From Rebecca billardiae RCC1528 (taxonomy: Eukaryota; Protista; Haptophyta): 64,000 nucleotides of DNA. The position numbers and the translations under genes are program-made. A model generated the notes under the pieces. It saw only the letters and a program-made list of their open reading frames with translations, made no database searches and was not told the origin of the DNA. Location of the stretch: assembly GCA_965240325.2 (NCBI GenBank), contig OZ251245.1:682001-746000 (forward strand). Direction: 5' to 3'. This document shows, piece by piece, positions 55,881 to 64,000 of this stretch (its first letter is position 1; each line of letters opens with the position of its first letter).

Positions 55881-56717
55881 GGCGCGGCCCCGGCGCACGC
55901 CCATCCGGCCGCACGCCGCCGCGCCAGCCGCTCCTGCACGCGGGCTGACCGAGGCGCCAGCCTCACCCAACCGCCGCTGCTTGCCGTGGAGCTGGTCGGG
56001 AGATGATGGGGTGGGTCGGCTGCTCCCAGAAGCTCCCCACGCGCGCCGCGCGTGCTGCATGCGGGTGCGGCGGGTCGGCGCGGCCCCGCCGCGCGCCCAT
56101 CCGGCCGCGCGCCGCCGCGCCAGCCGCTCCTGCACCCGGGCTGACTCAGGCGTCAGCCTCACCCAACCGTGAGCCGCCAGCTGCTTGCCGTGGAGCTGGT
56201 CGGGAGATGATTTGGTGGGTCGGCTGCTCCCAGAAGCTCCCCACGCGCGCCGCGCGCGCTGCATACGGGTGCGGCGGGTCGGCGCGGCCCCGCCGCGCGC
56301 CCATCCGGCCGCACGCCGCCGCGCCAGCCGCTCCTGCACGCGGGCTGACTCAGGCGTCAGCCTCACCCAACCGTGAGCCGCCAGCTGCTTGCCGTGGAGC
56401 TGGTCGGGAGATGATTTGGTGGGTCGGCTGCTCCCAGAAGCTCCCCACGCGCGCCGCGCGCGCTGCATACGGGTGCGGCGGGTCGGCGCGGCCCCGCCGC
56501 GCGCCCATCCGGCCGCGCGCCGCCGCGCCAGTCGCTCCTGCACCCGCGCTGACTCAGGCGTCAGCCTCACCCAACCGTGAGCCGCCAGCTGCTTGCCGTG
56601 GAGCTGGTCGGGAGATGATGGGGTGGGTCGGCTGCTCCCAGAAGCTCCCCACGCGCGCCGCGCGCGCTGCGTGCGGGTGCGGCGGGTCGGCGCGGCCCCG
56701 CCGCGCGCCGATCCGGC
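55881..56717. repeat. 204-bp tandem repeat, ~4.1 copies, inside the element
   Basis: Units start at 55881 (shorter, diverged), 56077, 56281, 56485 and 56689 (partial). Confidence 0.92.
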
Positions 56718-56844
56718 GCCATCTAGTCCGCCGCTAAGTCATCGGCGCAGCTCAGAATCTCAGTGCCATAGCTAGGCCGCGCAGCTGCCGCCTGTTAGTG
56801 TTACTCATCGATCAGCTGATCTAAGTAATCATCAAAAGCGGCGG

Positions 56845-56889
<45 letters not shown>

Positions 56890-56900
56890 CTGCTCATTAC

Positions 56901-58154
56901 TTAGTGACCAGTGTTCGCGCCATCCTTCTTGATGCAGAGCTCGAGACGGGCGAGCCAACCATCAAACAGCTTCGTCATAAACACTTTGTCACCGGTCACC
57001 TCTGCATACATGTCCTTCACAGCCTGCTCAAAGTCCTGCTGTGACACGTACTTGCGCTGCCGCAGACCCATGCGCCGCACCATCTCAGCCCACACATTCT
57101 CAATCAATGAGAGGTCAGGGCTCAGCGCAGGCCAGTCCCAAAAGCAGCGGCGGGTAAACTTCGTAATCACCTCTCTGCACTTCTGGCCTCGCTCAGTGCT
57201 CGGATGAATAGTGTGGGCCCTCGCACCATCCTGCTGCCAGTACCAATCCTCACCTAGGTCGTTCTCTTCGAACAGCTTTGCCATGTCGCGGAGCATCTGG
57301 AGCAAGATGTCGTTCTGGTACTCCTTCGAGGTCACACCGCGCTTCTTCTTGGGCGGGGCTTCGGTGGGGTTACCATCCTCATCGTAGTCGTCAGCTTCGA
57401 CCTTGAATGCTGTACCAGAGACTTTGGTGATGAGCCTGCTCGCACCCCACCAGCAAATGGCGGCGTATGCGTGCACGCGGAAGCGGCGACCAGTCGGCGC
57501 GTCGTCAGGCTCGTGGTTCTCGCAGCGCACCTTCCACTGCCCGGTGGGCCCCAGCTCGTCCGAGATGAAGATCTTCGAGTCGCTGAAGCTCACTGACTGC
57601 TTGAACTTCTTCCTCCCTCGGTCAGTTGCCCGCTTGACGATGGCCTTACACCACGCAACGCGCTTCTTCTTGTGCGCCTTCTTGAGCGTGTACTTCTTGC
57701 CGATGCGATTCCGCGAGTAGTACGCGCTGATGCGCAGCTTGATCTCCTTGCTCCAAGTCGTGAGGCCGGCAATGCTCAGGTCGCACACCTCACGCAAGGA
57801 ATGCACCTTGCCAGTCTTGATCTTTGCTGCTGCCTCGTCAGCGTCTACTGCCGGCACGCTTGGGGGGCGGCCACGCCCTTCGAGCACCGCGCCCACCACC
57901 CCAGTCTCCTCCCACTTCTTGTAGATGTCGTACCCACCAGCCTTGCTCACACCAAACAAGCCCGCAGCGACCGCCATCGGCATGCCGTAGAGGTGAAGGA
58001 TGATGAGACCCCAGTGCCGACCCTCGCGGCTGATCTGGCTAGGGCCATCACCATGCGTGTGCTTGCGCGCACGCTCGCCCGCCTCCGCATTGGTGCCACC
58101 CCTCGTGATCCCCAGGAGCAGCATCCACCAAGCCACTGGCTGCCGCGGCGCCAT
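56901..58154 (-). CDS. Intact Tc1-like DDE transposase, 417 aa, DD42E spacing
   Basis: HTH region with GRPP; triad in FSDSK, QQDGARAH and WPALSPDLSLIENVW, with 42 residues counted between the second D and the E. Intronless and visibly less GC-rich than host genes. Confidence 0.92.
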   Translation of the reverse strand: MAPRQPVAWWMLLLGITRGGTNAEAGERARKHTHGDGPSQISREGRHWGLIILHLYGMPMAVAAGLFGVSKAGGYDIYKKWEETGVVGAVLEGRGRPPSVPAVDADEAAAKIKTGKVHSLREVCDLSIAGLTTWSKEIKLRISAYYSRNRIGKKYTLKKAHKKKRVAWCKAIVKRATDRGRKKFKQSVSFSDSKIFISDELGPTGQWKVRCENHEPDDAPTGRRFRVHAYAAICWWGASRLITKVSGTAFKVEADDYDEDGNPTEAPPKKKRGVTSKEYQNDILLQMLRDMAKLFEENDLGEDWYWQQDGARAHTIHPSTERGQKCREVITKFTRRCFWDWPALSPDLSLIENVWAEMVRRMGLRQRKYVSQQDFEQAVKDMYAEVTGDKVFMTKLFDGWLARLELCIKKDGANTGH

Positions 58155-58586
58155 GGCTGCCGAAGATCCGCACGGAATCGGCCGGGCATCAGACAGCAGT
58201 ACCCGAATAACGGTTCATCGCGCAGTAACGTCGAAAGCAATGCCTGCCGGCCGCGGCGCGCCGGCGCGCAGGTCAGCACGGCGGGCACGCGCTGGTACGG
58301 ACCACTGTGGTGCTCCTGCGAGCAGCTGCTGACGCGTTGGCGCGATGAGACCAGCGTCCTCGCAAACCCGTGACCAGGTGGCCCAGTGCCACTGCCCTGC
58401 CTCCACACGCTAGTCGAGGGAGTGACGCGTGCCGAATGTGTCTCGCCGGATGACCACCAAGGCTGCTGTCAATAAATATGAGGTGGGTCTCGTCGACAAC
58501 CCGAACTGCTGGGTGTCTATTTGAAATATACTCCGCAGATTCTGCCAGTGGCAGCTACGGAGCTACGCTCGTCGCCGAGATACCTT

Positions 58587-59368
58587 CAGGGTCTCCAACA
58601 TTAAACTGGACACTTTGGGCAGCAGCTCAGCGTACGGCCTGTGGCTGCCTCGCGCGGGGTCAGGAGCGGCCAGCTCGGCTCGTGTGCACCCCACTAGGTC
58701 TGTCTGCGACCGCGCATAGCCGGACAGCCCGCGTGGAGCACCCCTCTGGGTCATGCGGACAGTCGGCACAAGGCTGGTCGTGAGGGCCGTGAAGCAGCCG
58801 TGTGGCTTCTGCGCATGTCTGTAGCCAGCAAGCCCGCTCAAGGCCGCGCAGATATTATTACGTGGCATGGTCGATGACTATGCGGCATGCGCTCGACAGC
58901 CCTGGGCAAGCCCGGACGTAGCGCTACACCAGGAGTATATACGGCCCGATCGGACCAGCCTACCTGTTGCGCACCTCGCTTGCACAGCTGCTGCACAGCC
59001 CATCGATCGGCTCTGGCCGTGCAGGCAAGGGCTACAGTCGGCGCCACTACCCGCAGCGAACGCTGGAGACCCACCAGTGCGCGCACCAACCCGCCCGCCG
59101 CCAAATGCAACCGTGCGCCAGATACGAATTTTAGCAGGCATGCCACCCGCGGGGGCTCCGTGGACCTGTTCAGAGCCAACCGCTAGTCGGTTGAGCTGTA
59201 CATCCAAGCCAGCCCTGGCCACACGCTGAGCGCGCCGCTCGCTGCACCCACACCCTGTCGTCATCCGAGGAGTAAGGTCCATGGCGCTCATGTGAGCCTC
59301 TGGCCCATCTCATCGTTAGCAGCCGTAGTCAGCAAAAATCAATGTCCGACCAATTGTTGGGGACCCTG
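58587..59368 (+). repeat. Right 782-bp terminal direct repeat
   Basis: Same sequence as 54988-55769, offset 3,599 bp. Confidence 0.95.
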
Positions 59369-59375
59369 TACTACG

Positions 59376-61451
59376 ATGGCGGCGCCACGCGCCGTTTGCC
59401 CGCTGGGCGCGCTGCTGCCGCTGCTGCTCGGCGCAGCGGGCAGCCTGGCGTTACGGCGCGACGCACGCCCGAGCCAGCTGCCCCCCCCTTTCGAGTGCGA
59501 GTGCTTCGGCCTCTGCGCCGAGGACGAGTTCGTCGACACGCTCGCGCGGCTGCCGGTCGTGCGAAGCACCGACTCGCCGTGGTACGCGTACCTGACGGCG
59601 GTGTACGGCGAGGCCGTGCCGCTGCCGGTTCAGATGGGCAGCTTCGAGCTCTTCTACACCGCGCTCCTCCCCACACGCCAGTGCCGCGTGCCGCCCGCGC
59701 CGCCGCGGCCCGCGTGCGCGCCGGCCGTGTGCGCTCGGTGGATCCACCCCAGGCGGCTGCCGGCCAACGCAAGCGCCGAGGGGAGCAGGCGTCAGAGAGC
59801 GCGGCGGTCGAGCCTGATCTTCTACGCCGGGCGGTCGAACTACAGCTTCGTCGCGCTGCAGCCCCCGGCGCACCAGCGCCGCGCCTTCCTCTCGTACGAG
59901 TGGGCCGAGGTGGTGCGCGCCGCCTACTTTGCGACACCCGAGGGCCCCGAGTACGGCGCCTGGTTCTACCCGGTCCGGGGCTCGGGCGTGTGGCTCAACG
60001 TGGGGCGCACGGCGAGCTATGCGGGCGTCGGGGACTTCGAGCGCGCGCTCCGGCCGCGCGTCAACCCGCTCCTCCTCAGGCACATGCCGCCAGGCAAGAC
60101 CGGCTGGAGAGAGGTGCAAGGAGCGTTCCTGCGCTGCAACGGTGAGGCGGAAGGCGCGGGCGCGGGCCGGCCGAGTGGCGCGGGCGCGCCTCCGCACGCC
60201 GCCTCTGCAAAGCGGCCGTGGTTCGAGTGTGCGCCCGACCGCTTCCACGCCGCTGCGGTGCGCGCGTCGAGGTACGACTCGGCGCAGCGGCGCTCGACGC
60301 ACGGACGCACAGTCGGCTTCATCGAGCGGCTGGTGCACACATCTCCCGCACACGAGATTGTGGTCGCCACAGGCGAGAGCTCGGTGCCGCGCGGCGCGCG
60401 CTCCGGGTGCGTGGGCGGCCTGCGCGCGGGCTGGCGCGCGTCGCGGCCGTGCGCGTGCCTCGACGACCCGGTGCTCAACTGCGGCGCGATCGCGCACCTG
60501 CAGCCACCCGCGGAGGAGTGGCTTGGCGCGCGGACGGCGGTTGGCGAGCTTGAGGGCGCGGCGGCGCAGCTGCCACATCACTCCGTCGCCCCGCCCTACC
60601 CGGCCGCTCCGATGAACTCCAGCTTCTTCAAGCCCTGGCCCGGACAGCCGGCCGCGCCTTCGCAGTTCTGCACGGAGCACTGGTGCGGCAGGGGGTGCTG
60701 CGCGCGCTGCGAGCAGCGCGCGCAGCGGCCGCGCGTCCTCTTCGCGCACACCGAGAAGACGGGCGGCTCCGCCGTGGAGTGCGCGACCGTCGACCTCGCC
60801 CTGCAGGGCGCGTGGCTCAACATGGGGCACACGACCGCCGGCGCCCTCCGCTGGTGCGCGCGCAAGTGCGCGGCCAGGCCTGCGCCGACGCCGCAGGGCA
60901 TCCCGCTCGCCATCTCGGTGCGCGACCCGTACACCTACTACCAGTCGAGCTACGCGTACACTCGCCAGGCGGCGCGGGACCCGGCGACCCTCTCCTACTG
61001 CTACTGGCTGCTGAACGCCTCCGTGTTCGAGCGGGGCAACCCGTACGCCGTGGGCACGCCGCGCTCGCCGCTCGCCTCGTTCGACAACTTCGTGCGCTGG
61101 GTGACGTCCAACGAGACGATGCTCACGCAGTCGTGGCGCGTGGCGCGCGCGTGCGGCCAGCCGTGCGCGCGCGCGCACGTGCTGCGCACAGAGCACCTGG
61201 AGGCCGACCTGAACACGGCGCTGCAGCGCGCAGGCATCCGCGTCGGGCCGCTCCGGCTGCCGCGGCACAATGTCGCCGCCGCGGACGTCCGGGTGCAGCA
61301 GAGCCAGGGGGGCGCCGGTGCCGCCGCCGGGGGGCGGGTGGTCTGGACGTGTGCGTCGCTCGAGCTCGTGAATGCGGCGGAGGCGAGTATCTTCGACCAG
61401 TTCGGCTACGCGAGGCGGAACTGTTCTGACGACAGTGTCGGCGTGCACTGA
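59376..61451 (+). CDS. Secreted or lumenal protein (691 aa): uncharacterised N-terminal domain plus Sulfotransfer_2-type sulfotransferase domain
   Basis: Signal peptide; 5'-PAPS-binding motif FAHTEKTGGSAV; 3' motif SVRDPYTYYQSSYAY; VLRTEHLEADL...LPRHN. Confidence 0.75.
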   Translation: MAAPRAVCPLGALLPLLLGAAGSLALRRDARPSQLPPPFECECFGLCAEDEFVDTLARLPVVRSTDSPWYAYLTAVYGEAVPLPVQMGSFELFYTALLPTRQCRVPPAPPRPACAPAVCARWIHPRRLPANASAEGSRRQRARRSSLIFYAGRSNYSFVALQPPAHQRRAFLSYEWAEVVRAAYFATPEGPEYGAWFYPVRGSGVWLNVGRTASYAGVGDFERALRPRVNPLLLRHMPPGKTGWREVQGAFLRCNGEAEGAGAGRPSGAGAPPHAASAKRPWFECAPDRFHAAAVRASRYDSAQRRSTHGRTVGFIERLVHTSPAHEIVVATGESSVPRGARSGCVGGLRAGWRASRPCACLDDPVLNCGAIAHLQPPAEEWLGARTAVGELEGAAAQLPHHSVAPPYPAAPMNSSFFKPWPGQPAAPSQFCTEHWCGRGCCARCEQRAQRPRVLFAHTEKTGGSAVECATVDLALQGAWLNMGHTTAGALRWCARKCAARPAPTPQGIPLAISVRDPYTYYQSSYAYTRQAARDPATLSYCYWLLNASVFERGNPYAVGTPRSPLASFDNFVRWVTSNETMLTQSWRVARACGQPCARAHVLRTEHLEADLNTALQRAGIRVGPLRLPRHNVAAADVRVQQSQGGAGAAAGGRVVWTCASLELVNAAEASIFDQFGYARRNCSDDSVGVH

Positions 61452-61795
61452 TGCAGGCCGCGAGCACTGTACACTGAGCATCATCAGCGCGCTGTAATAT
61501 CTGCTGACGATATACTATATATATATATATATGTCGTGTGTATTAACAGTATACTGTATGTATGACTATCAATGGAATATGCGCTGCGGCTGGCATCAAT
61601 AATGTTGATGACTGACGATGATGACTGAGGCTGCCCCGCCTGAGACTGTCGCTCAATAAGGACTCAGAACTACTGGCGGTATCGGCTGCAGAGTCAGAGT
61701 TCAGGGTGACCGTGCTTCGAATTTCGATGAGAGCCGACGCGACGCATTTCAATTATAATATTGACGATGATGATGATTTTTTGATAACGGGCAGC

Positions 61796-62533
61796 ATGGC
61801 GGCGGAAACCCGCGAGATGCGACCGCGTCGACGCCGCGTCGGCGACGATGAGGGGCGGGTGATTCATCGGGCTCGAGGCCCACCCAAACGCCACCCGGTC
61901 CACGGCCTCGACACAGGCCTCCTCCCGGAGGACTGATACCGTGGCGCCTCGGCCACGCCCCGCGTGCCCTACGGCTTCATCTGCGGCTTCCCCGTGCGCT
62001 CTGGCGATTTGTATGGCGGCAACCTGTACGGTCGCTCGGCGCAGCGGCGCGAGTCGCTGCAGGCGCTCGCGGCGGCCGCGGCGGCTGCGCGGTGGGGCGA
62101 GGGAAATGCCGGCAGGGAGGTGATCTGCCACGCCGTGTGCAAGGGCAAGTACCAGCCCTTCGATCGCGCCGGCAACCAGATGTATGGCTGCTTCCGGCAC
62201 AGCGCGATTCGCAAGCGACGAATTGACCGGGCCGGGATGCGCGAGGGTTGGGAGAGCTTCGACCAGTGGGCTGCCGGCGCGGCAGGCTCCTCGCCGAAAG
62301 CCCCTGAGCGCACCACAGCCGAGTGCGCGGCGGGTCCTTAGTCGGCCCGAGCCGGCGGCACGCGGCCGGGCTCGCACACGGCGGCACAGCTACAGACATA
62401 CGTGCGCGTCCACGTGGCGGCTCCGCATGACCTGAGATTGCATGAAACGGCGCCCAAACGCGCGCACAGGGGCGGCACCTCACCACGAGACCGGCTCCTG
62501 TCGCGCGTGGTCGATGCTCTCAGCGACGACTGA
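61796..62533 (+). pseudogene. Possible pseudogene: one frame interrupted by TGA (61934-36) and TAG (62339-41)
   Basis: Three protein-like segments in the same frame; no family recognised. Confidence 0.35.
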
Positions 62534-62695
62534 CTCTGACGCACCGTGACGTGATAGCTTGATATCCGCGCCGATCCAATTCCAGAGTTCTGAGTTATTA
62601 TTGGGCATACATACCCGGCTGCGGAGCCGCCTTGACGCAAGGGCCTTGCTTGACGGTCCGGTTCGGCTTGTCTCGCCGTCTCTCGTTCGGGCGGC

Positions 62696-64000
62696 ATGAT
62701 GGCGCCTCCGGCGCCCGTCCGTCCCTTCACGCTGTCCTCGCGCCGCCGTCTACGCCCGAGAGCGTTCATCTCGCACCATCGCGTCGTGCTCTCTGTGCTC
62801 GCCTGGCTGCTCGTGTGGCTGCCACTGCTCTGGCTGCGGCTGCCTGCGCAGGCGGCGCGCATGCTCTACGTCACGGCGGTGATGGCCTCGCTCTGGATCC
62901 AGCAGCCCGTCCCGCTGGCCGTGACCGCGTTCGTGCCGTTCGTCGCGCTGCCTGTGCTCGGCATCAGCCCCGCGCCGCGCGTGGCTGGCGCGTACATGAC
63001 GGACTCTGGGATGTTCTACCTCGGCGGGCTGATGCTCGCGGCCGCGATCGAGCGCTGCGGCTTGCACCGTCGGCTGGCGCTGCAGGTGCTCGTGAGCTCG
63101 GCGGGCAGCCCGGACACGCTCCTGCTCGGCTTCATGGCGACCACGTTCGCGCTCTCCGCCTTCATGTCGAACACCGCCACGACGGCGCTGCAGCTGCCTC
63201 TCGCGAAGGACGTGCTTCGCCTGATCGGGGACGCGTCGCCGTCGGCCCGCGACGCTGAGCCTGAGGTCGACGCCTTCGCCCGCTCGCTCCTGCTCGCCAT
63301 CGCGTACTCGGCAACGCTCGGCGGCACGACCATGCTCACGGGTACCGGTGCCAACCTCGCGTTCGTCGGCCAGTTCCGCGCGCTCTTTCCGGACGCGCCG
63401 CCGCCGTCGTTTGCGCTCTGGTCGTCGTTCGCGCTGCCTATCTCCGCCACCCTGCTGCTCCTCGCGTGGGCGCTGTTCTCCGCACTGCAGCGGCTGCGCG
63501 CGCGGCGGGGTCGCGCGCACGCGCTGCGGGTCGACGACGCGCCTCTGCGCGCCGAGCTGCGCGAGCTCGGCCCGATCTCCCGCGACGAGCTGGCCGTGGC
63601 GGCCGTGCTCGCGTGCACGCTCGCTCTGTGGTTCACCCGCCACCCGGTCCTTCTCCCCGGCTGGGACATTCTCTTTGAGCCCGAGTGCGTGGCCGACTCC
63701 ACCGTGACAATCGGAGCGCTGCTTGTCCTCTTCGTGGTGCCGGCGAGCGAGCGCGGCGCGCGCGGCGCCGGCGCCGGCGCGGATGGCGGCGCGCCGAGCG
63801 CGCCCGGCGCGGCGGCGGCCGGCCGAGCCCGGCAGACTGCGGCGCCTGGCGGCGGGCAGTGGGCAGCCGAACAGCCGCCACCAGTCGCCGCGCACCGCTC
63901 GCTGCCGCAGCCGGGCAGGCGCCTGCTCGACTGGCCCGCGGCGAGCGCCATCTCATGGGAGCTGGTGCTGCTCCTGGGCGCCGGCTATGCGCTCGCCAAC
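62696..64000 (+). CDS. SLC13/DASS Na+-coupled sulfate/dicarboxylate symporter; 3'-truncated by the window edge
   Basis: Read by hand because it is absent from the ORF track (no stop in the window): PVPLAVTAFVP, LGGLMLAAAIERCGLHRRLAL, LSAFMSNTATT (SNT motif), IAYSATLGGTTMLTGTGANL. Confidence 0.9.
   Translation, partial: MMAPPAPVRPFTLSSRRRLRPRAFISHHRVVLSVLAWLLVWLPLLWLRLPAQAARMLYVTAVMASLWIQQPVPLAVTAFVPFVALPVLGISPAPRVAGAYMTDSGMFYLGGLMLAAAIERCGLHRRLALQVLVSSAGSPDTLLLGFMATTFALSAFMSNTATTALQLPLAKDVLRLIGDASPSARDAEPEVDAFARSLLLAIAYSATLGGTTMLTGTGANLAFVGQFRALFPDAPPPSFALWSSFALPISATLLLLAWALFSALQRLRARRGRAHALRVDDAPLRAELRELGPISRDELAVAAVLACTLALWFTRHPVLLPGWDILFEPECVADSTVTIGALLVLFVVPASERGARGAGAGADGGAPSAPGAAAAGRARQTAAPGGGQWAAEQPPPVAAHRSLPQPGRRLLDWPAASAISWELVLLLGAGYALAN

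Larger units (their letters stand above)
54988..59368 (-). mobile_element. Composite Tc1/mariner (IS630-Tc1-mariner) element, 4,381 bp, bounded by 782-bp direct repeats, TA TSD
   Basis: TA(54986-87)|CAGGGT...ACCCTG|TA(59369-70); internal transposase and minisatellite. Confidence 0.88.

Noticed and set aside
55881-56717. CRISPR-like or guide array
   Set aside because: Units are near-identical end to end with no unique spacers, and no Cas, TnpB or Fanzor ORF was seen.
54988-59368. LTR retrotransposon
   Set aside because: No gag, RT or RNase H; the repeats end CA...TG rather than TG...CA; the TSD is TA; the enzyme is Tc1-type.
59292-59375. GTG-started extension of the sulfotransferase ORF
   Set aside because: It lies mostly in the transposon's right repeat; the signal peptide follows ATG 59376.

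Overview
Very GC-rich eukaryotic nuclear DNA with compact genes and short spliceosomal introns rich in (GC)n; the style suggests a haptophyte alga such as Pavlovales (inference only). Host genes in order: 3' end of a Mid1-like Cys-rich protein; CCDC39 (-) head-to-head with CFAP69 (+); a ~5,340-aa polycystin-1/REJ-like receptor with an extensin stalk (+); an ABCC transporter (-); a coiled-coil hypothetical protein (-); a nucleoside hydrolase fused to TM helices and a TIR-like domain (-); a WD40-ankyrin-TRP channel (+); a Gly/Cys-tailed membrane protein (+); a secreted sulfotransferase fusion (+); and an SLC13/DASS transporter running off the end (+). The most unusual structure is a 4,381-bp Tc1/mariner-type element (54988-59368) with an intact DD42E transposase and a 204-bp minisatellite, bounded by two identical 782-bp DIRECT repeats. 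Each repeat is itself a TIR-bounded MITE, and only the outer ends carry the TA target duplication. Other mobile DNA: a 1,110-bp foldback element with ~407-bp TIRs and a 7-bp TSD, a 38-bp 16+6+16 remnant with similar CAAGGG ends that resembles a P-element excision footprint, and a 607-bp TA-MITE. All four sit just upstream of start codons. Gene models, family calls and splice sites were read by eye; no database searches were run.
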